UHGV virus genome: UHGV-0479438
Reading direction: 5' to 3' (one strand)
Origin: a virus
Length of the DNA: 43,765 nt
Each line of letters begins with the position of its first letter. The stretch's first letter is position 1. A program made the translations under genes and the position numbers. Below the pieces are notes generated by a model. That model made no database searches, had not been told where the DNA came from, and was given only the letters and a program-made list of their open reading frames with translations. Below, in pieces: positions 34,575-42,798 of the stretch.

Positions 34575-35102
34575 ATGAACGATTTAACAAGAACAACCAT
34601 TACATCAATGGAAGCTGCGGAGTGGTGCGGTAAGAAACACAATGAATTACTGAAAGATATTCGGCGCTATATCAGCCAATTAGGAGAGGGGAAAATTCCC
34701 CACACCGATTTCTTTCAGGAATCCACTTACATAACGGAGCAGAACAAAACCCTTCCCTGCTTCCTGGTCACGAAGAAAGGCTGTGAGTTCATAGCCCACA
34801 AGATGACCGGACAGAAGGGAACAGAATTCACAGCGCGGTACATTAACCGATTCCATGACATGGAAAATCAATCGAAACAGATTTCAATTACAGAGCATCC
34901 GGGAGAAGTAGCAAACCTAATCAAAATCCTTTCTAACAGGATGGACAAGCAGGGGAGTGCCCCTTACAAGTCCGTTGAAATGGCATGGATGGTTTGTGAG
35001 CAGTACGGTATCAATCTTCCTGCGGATATTGTGAGGGTTCCAGAATATGAGCAACTGAATCTTGATAATTTTATAAACAATAAAAGGAGCATAAATGGAT
35101 GA
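34575..35102 (+). CDS. Rha-family phage regulatory protein / antirepressor
   Basis: N-terminal MNDLTRTTITSMEAAEWCGKKHNELLKDIRRYI is the phage_pRha signature. RBS CAAGGAGGAC. In frame with track ORF 34470..35102. Confidence 0.6.
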   Translation: MNDLTRTTITSMEAAEWCGKKHNELLKDIRRYISQLGEGKIPHTDFFQESTYITEQNKTLPCFLVTKKGCEFIAHKMTGQKGTEFTARYINRFHDMENQSKQISITEHPGEVANLIKILSNRMDKQGSAPYKSVEMAWMVCEQYGINLPADIVRVPEYEQLNLDNFINNKRSING

Positions 35103-35389
35103 ACGGACCAAAGTTTAGGTTAGTCAGTGATGGAAAACATTCTTATTTTGAAGTATGTGGAAAGTCTATGGGCAAAGGCATTTCGTCTGTTTCATATATT
35201 CACGAAGCGGGTAAAAATCCAGAAGTTAGTATTTCTTTTGATTTGCATGATTTTGAATTTATGGAAGATGGGAAGGTTGACAGGGTAACAGTTGATATGG
35301 TAGCAGGTGATTTGCAAGACAGAGAGCCGTCCAGTAAGAACGACACCTCTGAACAAAATCAGTTACCACCTTGGTTAGGAAAAAACTAA
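35099..35389 (+). CDS. hypothetical protein
   Basis: ATGG overlap with the previous gene. Confidence 0.4.
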   Translation: MNGPKFRLVSDGKHSYFEVCGKSMGKGISSVSYIHEAGKNPEVSISFDLHDFEFMEDGKVDRVTVDMVAGDLQDREPSSKNDTSEQNQLPPWLGKN

Positions 35390-35517
35390 CATTTAAAATG
35401 CCCCGGCGGTGCTACGAACACCAACCGGAGCCGTAACCACATTAACCGAACTAATGCGGATACAGGAATATTTTACCATTTTCTCCTGTATTACGCAAGC
35501 ACAGGAGGAAAATATTT

Positions 35518-35784
35518 ATGAACATTGAAAACCAGAAGGACAAGCCAACATGGGAAGGGCTGGAGCAGTATTTTGCTGTAGAGGTAATCGAGCAGAGCAA
35601 GAGGAATGCAAAGCATTGGTTTATAGCGTTCCTGGTAACGCTGGCGGCGCTAATAGGCACCAATGCCGCATGGCTTTATACTGCCAGTACATATGATTAT
35701 GTTTCCCAGGATGGCACCGGACTGAACAACATCAACACAGGAACACAAGGAGACTTAGAGAATGGGACAGAAAGCCAGGATTAA
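35518..35784 (+). CDS. small single-pass membrane protein
   Basis: RBS GGAGGAAAATATTT. Transmembrane segment WFIAFLVTLAALIGTNAAWLY. Confidence 0.35.
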   Translation: MNIENQKDKPTWEGLEQYFAVEVIEQSKRNAKHWFIAFLVTLAALIGTNAAWLYTASTYDYVSQDGTGLNNINTGTQGDLENGTESQD

Positions 35785-35832
35785 GAAGAACGGCAAGAGC
35801 CGGGGAATTAAGAGGAAGAGAAGGAGATAAAC

Positions 35833-35931
35833 GATGTACATCAATCCATTTTTTGCAGGAGTTGTTTGCACTGTTTTTGCAGAGATACTAATAATTATAG
35901 CAATAGCGATTTACCGGTATTTTAAGAGTTA
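35833..35931 (+). CDS. 32-aa hydrophobic micro-protein
   Basis: RBS AAGGAGATAAACG plus ATG. MYINPFFAGVVCTVFAEILIIIAIAIYRYFKS. Ends 2 nt before the tRNA-like element. Confidence 0.25.
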
Positions 35932-35933
35932 AT

Positions 35934-36023
35934 GGCGGTGTGTGGCACACAGGTCCAGGTTCGATTCCTGGCATAACCATGGTGGAAAGTAAGAGGGTGC
36001 CGGTTCAACTCCGGCCGCCGCCA
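35934..36023 (+). ncRNA. 90-nt tRNA-like element with a 7-bp acceptor stem and canonical T-arm but a non-canonical core
   Basis: 5' GGCGGTG pairs with 3' CGCCGCC (one G-U), discriminator A. T-arm is GCCGG-TTCAACT-CCGGC. There is a second T-arm-like hairpin, CCAGG-TTCGATT-CCTGG, and a 27-nt segment that I cannot fold as a standard cloverleaf. Confidence 0.5.
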
Positions 36024-36049
36024 ACTTAACATTTTGATGGAGGCGTGGA

Positions 36050-36223
36050 ATGAAAAAACAGAAGGTAGTGAGAACATATCCGAACAATTATGCAAATCCT
36101 ATGACTGCTCTTAGAGAAATCCTGGATAAAGGTTGGATAGTGGTCATGTGCAATGAAACATATTTAGAAGATAATCACACCTGCCTGGAGTATATTCTGG
36201 AAAAGGATATCCCAGAGAATTAG
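36050..36223 (+). CDS. hypothetical 57-aa protein
   Basis: RBS GGAGGCGTGGA plus ATG. Confidence 0.3.
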   Translation: MKKQKVVRTYPNNYANPMTALREILDKGWIVVMCNETYLEDNHTCLEYILEKDIPEN

Positions 36224-36246
36224 TATTTTCAGAAGAAAGGAAAACT

Positions 36247-36993
36247 ATGGATAAAACAAAAATTGATTGGTGTGACAGCACCTGGAATCCGGTCACGGGC
36301 TGTTTACATGGTTGTGAATATTGTTATGCAAAGTCGATAGCAAATCGCTTTGGTTGTCATGCAAAAGCGGAAAATAATGTAGAGACGGTTATTCATCCGT
36401 GGAAGGATTCAGATAGCGGAAAGGTACTTCCTTACCCGTTTGACTTCTACCCAACTTTTCACAGATATCGCTTGAATGAATATCTGAACAAGAAAGGCAG
36501 AAATATATTTGTCTGCTCTATGGCGGATTTGTTTGGGGAGTGGGTGCCAGATTCATGGATTTATGAAGTGTTTGAGGCTTGTGATAAGGCTCCACAGCAT
36601 AATTATCTGTTCTTGACAAAGAATCCTGGACGCTATGAGAAATTGCTTAACTGCTATATGCCGCCTAATATGTGGTTTGGTTGGTCGCAGACGGGGCCAG
36701 CGGGAGCAGATTTTTCTTTCTCAACACACCATTCTGTCCATACTTTCATAAGCATTGAGCCATTATTAAAGCCATTTGAGGAATATCACATAAGAGGTAT
36801 AGATTGGGTTATCATCGGCGCAGAAACTGGACGCCGTAAAGACAAGGTCGTTCCAAAGTGTGAATGGATAGAGAGTATTGTGGAACAGTGCCAGGCAGAG
36901 AGTATTCCAGTGTTTATGAAATCCAGTTTAGCAGAGATATGGGGAAAGCCGTTGATGCAGGAGTTCCCGAAACTGCTTATTCGTGAAAATTAG
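36247..36993 (+). CDS. phage Gp37/Gp68-family (DUF5131) protein
   Basis: N-terminal KIDWCDSTWNPVTGCLHGCEYCYA matches the family signature. 248 aa. Confidence 0.65.
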   Translation: MDKTKIDWCDSTWNPVTGCLHGCEYCYAKSIANRFGCHAKAENNVETVIHPWKDSDSGKVLPYPFDFYPTFHRYRLNEYLNKKGRNIFVCSMADLFGEWVPDSWIYEVFEACDKAPQHNYLFLTKNPGRYEKLLNCYMPPNMWFGWSQTGPAGADFSFSTHHSVHTFISIEPLLKPFEEYHIRGIDWVIIGAETGRRKDKVVPKCEWIESIVEQCQAESIPVFMKSSLAEIWGKPLMQEFPKLLIREN

Positions 36994-37009
36994 AATTTTG
37001 GAGGTAAAG

Positions 37010-37129
37010 GTGGACAAAGAAAGTAAACCATGTGAATCATGTAGATTTAAACCGGAATGCAGGTATGCGCATGATTTTGAGGTAGAGGAGTGCAAGGATT
37101 GGGGAGCGAGAGAGGAAGATGAGGAATGA
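37010..37129 (+). CDS. Cys-rich micro-ORF 1 (about 39 aa; coordinates +/-1)
   Basis: RBS GGAGGTAAAG plus GTG. Translates to VDKESKPCESCRFKPECRYAHDFEVEECKDW... Confidence 0.3.
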   Translation: MDKESKPCESCRFKPECRYAHDFEVEECKDWGAREEDEE

Positions 37130-37238
37130 AGAGAAAACGGAAAAAACAGTGTCACGCAAAAGGAAAGGTGATAGCCTGGCCTGGGCGTATGAACAGGTGC
37201 AGGAAGAGTGATTGTAAAAAGTGTCATTGCTATTATTA
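37119..37238 (+). CDS. Cys-rich micro-ORF 2 (about 39 aa; coordinates +/-1)
   Basis: Translates to MRNEEKTEKQCHAKGKVIAWPGRMNRCRKSDCKKCHCYY. Overlaps ORF 1. Confidence 0.25.
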
Positions 37239-37254
37239 ACATTTTGGAGGTCAA

Positions 37255-37347
37255 GATGAAAGGCAAAAAATGTTGGAAGTGCAAATTTTGGGTTAAATAT
37301 TATAACTCCAATCAATATTTTTGTAAGCGTGGATATTGTAGAAACTG
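37255..37347 (+). CDS. Cys-rich micro-ORF 3 (about 30 aa; coordinates +/-1)
   Basis: RBS TGGAGGTCAAG plus ATG. Translates to MKGKKCWKCKFWVKYYNSNQYFCKRGYCRN. Confidence 0.3.
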
Positions 37348-37366
37348 ACATTAAGGAGGAAGTGGA

Positions 37367-37594
37367 GTGAAATCTAAGAAGCCGTCAGAATGGCAAAAGG
37401 ACAGCATCCGGTTGCTGATAGAAGAAGCCAAGATAAGAAATAACTTTGATGATAATGAGCTGGCCTTGTATTTGGGTTTTTGTACAAGCTCGTTTAGAGA
37501 GCGTAAAGCCAACCCTCAAAAACTGACAATAGAAAAATTACAGATACTTCTGCAATTGACCGGGAAGGAGATGAAATTTGTTGAAACAGCTTGA
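37367..37594 (+). CDS. small HTH-like protein
   Basis: RBS TAAGGAGGAAGTG. C-terminal LTIEKLQILLQLTG is HTH-like. Confidence 0.4.
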   Translation: MKSKKPSEWQKDSIRLLIEEAKIRNNFDDNELALYLGFCTSSFRERKANPQKLTIEKLQILLQLTGKEMKFVETA

Positions 37595-37699
37595 ATACAT
37601 ACCTGTTGGTAAAACACACTTAAGCCCACGGCAGAAAGACCGGATGATTATTCGCGGTTTAACCGCTGCGGTGATGGTCTTAAGCGGATTGCTGGTGAT

Positions 37700-37906
37700 A
37701 TGCATGGCGGTGATATTATGAGCCGCCGCCGGAATGGCACCAACCGGGCCGGAGCAATGACAAATGCCAGTCGGTACACCGGATATGGTAAGCCAATAAA
37801 AAAGGTCGTCAGCTTGACAGAGCTAAACGACCGGATACAAAAAATAACTCAGTCTGATTATATCAGAGATTATGGAGATTTGCAAGATGGAAGAAATAAC
37901 AGTTAA
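37700..37906 (+). CDS. hypothetical small protein
   Basis: ORF track. Confidence 0.3.
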   Translation: MHGGDIMSRRRNGTNRAGAMTNASRYTGYGKPIKKVVSLTELNDRIQKITQSDYIRDYGDLQDGRNNS

Positions 37907-38069
37907 AATTTCTGCTAATGAATATAGAAAGCTTATTGAGCTTGAAGGTCGGGTAAATGCAGCTTTGATTTTTTTGGATAACGATGAATATTCTAGTCGT
38001 AATGTGCTGGTAGGTATTTTGAGAGGTGTACCGGTTAAAGTTCCTAAGGATAAAACACATGATGAATAA
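37872..38069 (+). CDS. hypothetical small protein
   Basis: ORF track. Overlaps its neighbours. Confidence 0.3.
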   Translation: MEICKMEEITVKISANEYRKLIELEGRVNAALIFLDNDEYSSRNVLVGILRGVPVKVPKDKTHDE

Positions 38070-38211
38070 TTCTAAATGTGATTCTTGCGGATGTTTTCTT
38101 GACCCGGAACATTGGAAAGAATGTGATAAATGCAGGGGGAAGGACAGAGAACATCATAAACAGCATTATAAGGAGATTATAAAACATGAATCTGGAACAC
38201 AAGACGATTGA
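38026..38211 (+). CDS. hypothetical Cys/His-rich small protein
   Basis: CDSCGC...CDKCRGKDREHHKQHY. Confidence 0.3.
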   Translation: MYRLKFLRIKHMMNNSKCDSCGCFLDPEHWKECDKCRGKDREHHKQHYKEIIKHESGTQDD

Positions 38212-38336
38212 CGGTACTGCAATGGTATCTTATCTCCGGGATAGACAGTCACTCTTGCCTATTGGAAGTGTTGCAAGAAAGGAGCTTGAAATGGCTATCC
38301 TCTATATAGTTGGAACGCTCATGAAGGAGGGAAAAG

Positions 38337-39038
38337 ATGGGGAATCTTGACTTATACGAAAAGGTCCGTTCTGTCCCAGATAGCGCCAAGAAAACCATTA
38401 AGGGAGGCCGTACAAGCGGTATGACCGATATTAACCCCATGTGGCGCATAAAAGTCCTTACTGAGCAGTTCGGGCCATGTGGGATAGGATGGTACTACAT
38501 CCCAACAAATAAGTGGTTGGAAACAGCGGGTAATGAGATAGCAGCTTTCGTTGATATCGAGTTATATATAAAGGTTGATGGGGAGTGGTCTAAACCAATC
38601 TCTGGGAACGGCGGGAGTATGTTTGCATCAAAGGAAAAGTCTGGAATATATGTATCTGACGAATGTTACAAGATGGCAACCACAGATGCTATATCGGTAG
38701 CGTGTAAGCAGCTTGGGATTGGTGCGGATGTGTATTGGGGTTCAGACCGGACTAAATACAGCAACGAACAAATTTCAGAATCAAAAAGTGAAAAGAGTAT
38801 TTCAAAAGAAAAGAAGCTAACCGAGGAACAGGTAAATGATTTGATAGCAGAGTGTGATAGGACTGGTAAACATTGGAGGGTCATCTGCTCTCTGTATGCT
38901 GTAGAAAAATTTAGTGATATGGTTGAATCTCAGTATAGAGATTGTATTAAAAGGTTCAAGTCCACCCCGGACAAACCCTCTAAAGATAATCCTGCCCCTC
39001 CAGATAATATGCAGGATAGTGGACTTCCCTGGAATTAA
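38337..39038 (+). CDS. putative Rad52-like single-strand annealing protein
   Basis: RBS GAAGGAGGGAAAAG. Motif MWRIKVLTEQFGPCGIGWYY resembles the Rad52/Sak N-terminal annealing core. Tentative. Confidence 0.4.
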   Translation: MGNLDLYEKVRSVPDSAKKTIKGGRTSGMTDINPMWRIKVLTEQFGPCGIGWYYIPTNKWLETAGNEIAAFVDIELYIKVDGEWSKPISGNGGSMFASKEKSGIYVSDECYKMATTDAISVACKQLGIGADVYWGSDRTKYSNEQISESKSEKSISKEKKLTEEQVNDLIAECDRTGKHWRVICSLYAVEKFSDMVESQYRDCIKRFKSTPDKPSKDNPAPPDNMQDSGLPWN

Positions 39039-39050
39039 AGAGGTGATTAT

Positions 39051-39680
39051 ATGCATGAGTCAGCGGATATAACAGCATACAAGCTGGTTCCTGAGGGGAC
39101 ATATTTGCAGATATTTATTCCTGGGAAGAATCTCATGGAGCCGATTATTGAGAAGCACATGAATAGTTGCAGCATATGGCTTGACGATGGTAGGCACATC
39201 AGTTCAGACCAGCGCCGAAAAATTTATGCCACAGTCAATGACATATCGGCTTATTCCGGGAATGTGCCAGAGGTCGAGAAAGAGTGGCTTAAGTATTTAC
39301 ATATCAACCGGACCGGATGCGGATACTTTTCTCTGTCTGATTGCTCTATGGATACTGCCAGGGAATTTATTAATACCATGCTGGATTATGCGCTGGAACA
39401 GGGAATACCATTGCTGGATTTTGCCCTTAACCGTACCGACGATATAGGCCATTATCTGTATGCATGTTTAAAGCTTCGGAAGTGCGCCATATGCGGTCGA
39501 GAGGGAGAGATACACCATGTAGATACTATCGGCATGGGAAATGACCGGAGGAAAGTTGATGATTCGGATTATCGCAAAATATGTCTATGCCGGAAGCACC
39601 ATACAGAAGCACATAACATAGGGATGACAGAGTTTGAGAGCAAATATAAGGTATATGGTATCAAGTTTGAGGAGAATTAG
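39051..39680 (+). CDS. putative HNHc-type nuclease (phage recombination-associated)
   Basis: C-terminal CAICGREGEIHHVDTIGMGNDRRK...CLCRKHHTEAH Cys/His cluster. Confidence 0.5.
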   Translation: MHESADITAYKLVPEGTYLQIFIPGKNLMEPIIEKHMNSCSIWLDDGRHISSDQRRKIYATVNDISAYSGNVPEVEKEWLKYLHINRTGCGYFSLSDCSMDTAREFINTMLDYALEQGIPLLDFALNRTDDIGHYLYACLKLRKCAICGREGEIHHVDTIGMGNDRRKVDDSDYRKICLCRKHHTEAHNIGMTEFESKYKVYGIKFEEN

Positions 39681-40166
39681 ATGGAAAAGTATTACATAGT
39701 AACGACTGACAGTCCAATTTATAAAGAGTACATAGATTATAAGGCCATGTCAGAAAAAGTAAATACTGCGTTTGTGGAGTTCGCAAAGGAGCAAGGTTTT
39801 GAAACTCATGAATATTATCAATCGGCAGAGAGGCTGTACATTTGTCCAACGGGTGGCGATATTGATAAGTTTGGAAAGTATTTTAAGAAGGATACACCGG
39901 GCTTGTTTAAGAAAAATTCTTTACCTGCAAAAGCATGGGTTAATAAATGCAAGGCGCTAGGGTTGAAATCACCGCACAAACCTATTTTATCATTTGAATT
40001 TAGGGTATTTGGTCGGACAAGCAGCAGAATGTTTATGATAAACAATGTATTGTATGCAAGTTTTAAAGCAGATTGTGATTTTGACAACCTAGCAGGATTT
40101 AAAGAGTTAAAGGCAAGCGAATTTTTTAAGGTTATCGAGGAATACGAAGAATCTTTGAAAAAGTAA
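39681..40166 (+). CDS. hypothetical protein
   Basis: ATG overlaps the previous stop. Confidence 0.45.
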   Translation: MEKYYIVTTDSPIYKEYIDYKAMSEKVNTAFVEFAKEQGFETHEYYQSAERLYICPTGGDIDKFGKYFKKDTPGLFKKNSLPAKAWVNKCKALGLKSPHKPILSFEFRVFGRTSSRMFMINNVLYASFKADCDFDNLAGFKELKASEFFKVIEEYEESLKK

Positions 40167-40220
40167 ACTGAAATCAGTATCAATGCCAATAGGCTGATAC
40201 ATACAACAGAAATTAGTACT

Positions 40221-40295
40221 GGTCAGATTGCTAATATGTCACGATATACTTTCTGACCCTGGGCCGGGACCTATCAAACCTCCTTTACCCGGCCC
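40221..40295 (+). promoter_or_regulatory. two consecutive hairpins (GGTCAGA...TCTGACC and GGGCCGGG...CCCGGCCC)
   Basis: 7-bp and 8-bp perfect stems. The second loop contains CCTCCTTT, complementary to the downstream RBS GGAGGG. No T-run. Confidence 0.35.
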
Positions 40296-40310
40296 GAAAG
40301 GAGGGATTAT

Positions 40311-40682
40311 TTGAAGAATAAGCGAATTGTTAGTGAAGATGTTCAAGCAAGGGTATATAATGCGCTACTTGTAGGTAAAGAGAATGCATTGAACAGAGAT
40401 GAACTGGTATCCAAGATAGGGGAATCGGATGGAGATATACGAACCGCCATTGAGATATTAAGGCACGATAAAGTGATTCTTACATTGCCAACAGGGAAAG
40501 GTTACTATATACCCCGTGACGATGCACAGGGACGGCAAGAAACAGAGAAATGGCTTGTCAGCCAAAATAGGACTAAGAGTATAAAGGCAGCAGAACGTGG
40601 CGCACAGCTGTTTATAAGCCGGAATAAGAAAAAAGATAAAGGTATTCCCGGTCAGATTAGTATGTTTGGAGCTGGGTTATGA
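40311..40682 (+). CDS. hypothetical DNA-binding (winged-helix-like) protein
   Basis: TTG start after AAAGGAGGGATTA. Confidence 0.4.
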   Translation: MKNKRIVSEDVQARVYNALLVGKENALNRDELVSKIGESDGDIRTAIEILRHDKVILTLPTGKGYYIPRDDAQGRQETEKWLVSQNRTKSIKAAERGAQLFISRNKKKDKGIPGQISMFGAGL

Positions 40683-41338
40683 GAGATAGTGTTGTATTTT
40701 ATCGCAGCTTCTGGGAAGCCATTAAGCAGCTGCCGGAAAAAGAAAGATTGGAATCTCTTACAGCAATCTTAGAATATGGACTTGATGAAATAGAGCCTAA
40801 ATCGGCAGGTGTTGCATCGGCAATGTTTTTAATGGCAAAACCACAAATTGATGCGAATAATCGCAGATACCAAAACGGAACTAAGGGCGGTAGGCCAGTA
40901 ACCAAACCAGAACCAAACAATAACCTAGAATCAAATTATAATAAACCAAGTGATAACCAAACCATAACCAAAGCAAAACCTAAGGAAAAGGATAATGTAA
41001 AGGAAAAGGATAATGTAAATGATAATAATAAAAAAACATTTACTCCACCTTCGGTGTCGGATGTGTCCGATTATTGCACTTTGAATGGATATGGCATTGA
41101 CCCAGAGAGTTTTGTTGATTTTTATGCATCAAAGGGATGGATGGTTGGGAAAAACAAGATGAAGGACTGGAAAGCCTCGGTAAGGACCTGGGTACGAAGC
41201 CAGCGGCAGGAATCGACCGCCAAAGGTAGTAAAAATCAGTTTCACAATTTTGACCAGCGAGATATGGACTATGATGCATTGATGTTAAAACAGGTAAAAG
41301 ACTGGGTAGGGGAGGTACAGGATGAAGGAAATACATAA
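40679..41338 (+). CDS. phage replisome-organiser-like / replication initiation protein
   Basis: N-terminal MRDSVVFYRSFWEAIKQLPEKERLESLTAILEYGL resembles the conserved phage replication N-terminal domain. The low-complexity middle of the gene contains DNA direct repeats. Confidence 0.45.
   Translation: MRDSVVFYRSFWEAIKQLPEKERLESLTAILEYGLDEIEPKSAGVASAMFLMAKPQIDANNRRYQNGTKGGRPVTKPEPNNNLESNYNKPSDNQTITKAKPKEKDNVKEKDNVNDNNKKTFTPPSVSDVSDYCTLNGYGIDPESFVDFYASKGWMVGKNKMKDWKASVRTWVRSQRQESTAKGSKNQFHNFDQRDMDYDALMLKQVKDWVGEVQDEGNT
40983..41018 (+). repeat. tandem 18-bp direct repeat AAGGAAAAGGATAATGTA x2, plus upstream AACCAAACC-type repeats
   Basis: Seen directly inside the replisome-organiser ORF. Iteron-like. 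Confidence 0.4.
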
Positions 41339-41576
41339 GCGAATACTTGATTATATCAAACGCTATTTGTCCGAACATAATTATCCTCCCACTACAAGAG
41401 AAATAGGAGATGGGGTTGGATATACATCCAGCGCCACCATATGGGGACATTTACGTGATATGAGAGAAATCGGATTGATTGACTATGTGGATGAATGCCC
41501 AAGGACCATCACAATACCTGGATGCCATTATGTTTTTGGAAAAGGAGATGTTGCTGAGTGCCAGATAACAAAATAA
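41322..41576 (+). CDS. LexA N-terminal DNA-binding-domain-only protein (no S24 peptidase domain)
   Basis: MKEIHKRILDYIKRYLSEHNYPPTTREIGDGVGYTSSATIWGHLRDMREIGLI aligns motif-for-motif with the LexA winged-HTH (YPPS/TxREIG...SSSTVxxHL...KGLI). Only 84 aa. Confidence 0.65.
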   Translation: MKEIHKRILDYIKRYLSEHNYPPTTREIGDGVGYTSSATIWGHLRDMREIGLIDYVDECPRTITIPGCHYVFGKGDVAECQITK

Positions 41577-41803
41577 AGAGTCAGCATAGTGACAATTCAG
41601 AACGCCAAAGAATGGCAGCGATAAAAGATATGGAAAAATATCCATCACCTATGACGAAAGCATTTCTCCGACCGGCATATGATAGGACTGAAATATGTCC
41701 TGATTTTTCTAGGCGTCCAAGTAATCAAAACACGTATTTAGCGGAGAAAGGAGTGGGACATGATAAAGATAGCAAGGCTGGCCACAGCCCATATGTTCGA
41801 TGA
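41558..41803 (+). CDS. doubtful small ORF
   Basis: Overlaps both neighbours. Confidence 0.3.
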   Translation: MPDNKIKSQHSDNSERQRMAAIKDMEKYPSPMTKAFLRPAYDRTEICPDFSRRPSNQNTYLAEKGVGHDKDSKAGHSPYVR

Positions 41804-42113
41804 AAATAATCCAGAAGATTCTGACTATGGGTTGTGGAAAAGCATAGCTGAGTATATGGACGGAGAGGATGCTTATGTTGCCGAAAGTGCAGCTATGGAA
41901 GGAAGATGTGTTTTCCTTGGGTTATGCAACGGGGACAAGGATAAGGAACTTGCATATATGATGGAGCAGGATAGTATGACAGGGGTATTTATTGACGACC
42001 GGGAAGGATTTGAAGCGGCCTGGGAATCAAATGAATATGAACATGAAGGATGTTTTTGCATAGAGCCACAATGGATAGAAACATTCAAAAGTCTGGAGGA
42101 GGCAGAGGGATGA
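41760..42113 (+). CDS. hypothetical acidic protein
   Basis: C-terminus ...SLEEAEG overlaps the GGAGGCAGAGGGATG start region of the next gene. Confidence 0.45.
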   Translation: MIKIARLATAHMFDENNPEDSDYGLWKSIAEYMDGEDAYVAESAAMEGRCVFLGLCNGDKDKELAYMMEQDSMTGVFIDDREGFEAAWESNEYEHEGCFCIEPQWIETFKSLEEAEG

Positions 42114-42412
42114 TTGAAGAAGGAATCGCTAACGACCTATCAATGGTAGTTGAAAATGCAAAATTGATGGGATGCCAAGAGGTTAAGTCATTTAGACATA
42201 TACCATTGAAAAATGTTGAGGCTGTCATATCAGCTCTACAGAAACAGATAGCAAAAAAACCAGAGGATGAAAGGTGTTTTATTAAAGACAAAGAGAATAT
42301 CGGATTGTGCCCATCTTGTGGTGAAGGGGTCAATTCAAATTATCCATATTGTGGACACTGTGGGCAGAGAATCAAATGGGATATTGAGTGGTGCATGGAG
42401 GTAGATGGATGA
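42110..42412 (+). CDS. zinc-ribbon protein
   Basis: CPSCGEGVNSNYPYCGHCGQRI. In-frame ATG after GGAGGAGGCAGAGGG. Confidence 0.45.
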   Translation: MIEEGIANDLSMVVENAKLMGCQEVKSFRHIPLKNVEAVISALQKQIAKKPEDERCFIKDKENIGLCPSCGEGVNSNYPYCGHCGQRIKWDIEWCMEVDG

Positions 42413-42798
42413 ATAGACTGACAACAAACGAGGAATTTCCGCACGGAGCGGAGGGAAAAAGAGCAGACAAATTAACTGGATATTGGTGCCGCGGGGAGTT
42501 TGAGGCTACTGCCTGTGTTGAAAAGCTATCCCGATATGAAAACACCGGATTGGAACCAGAGGAGATAGAGGGGATGTTGTATAAGTGGATTCCAGTAGCG
42601 GAGAGGCTGCCGGAAAAACCGAAAGAAAATCCGCTATATGATAACAAGCCACTAGAGATATATTTAGTGTCTGTCAAAAATACAGACTGTGTGATTAGGG
42701 CATTTTGGAACGGAGCATCATTTACTGATGGGTGGGAAAAACTGGACGTGTTGGCCTGGATGCCATTGCCGAAGCCATATAAGGAGGCAGAGGAATGA
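42409..42798 (+). CDS. hypothetical protein
   Basis: In-frame ATG after GGAGGTAGATGG. C-terminus ...YKEAEE. Confidence 0.45.
   Translation: MNRLTTNEEFPHGAEGKRADKLTGYWCRGEFEATACVEKLSRYENTGLEPEEIEGMLYKWIPVAERLPEKPKENPLYDNKPLEIYLVSVKNTDCVIRAFWNGASFTDGWEKLDVLAWMPLPKPYKEAEE

Noticed and set aside
35934-36023. tmRNA (ssrA) 3' end as the identity of the tRNA-like element
   Set aside because: The whole element is only 90 nt. Both acceptor strands are present locally. The G3:U70 alanine identity pair is absent.
1-36029. Reading 25-78 and 35976-36029 as attL/attR of a chromosomal prophage integrated in a tRNA gene, with 36030-43745 as a second, integrase-less satellite element
   Set aside because: Not excluded, but less parsimonious. 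The window end and start join into a full-length paralogue of the internal element. Lysin, arm-like repeats and int are contiguous in vegetative order. The early-type genes at 150-2440 continue naturally from 36050-43393. This fits one circular genome with two tRNA-like genes.
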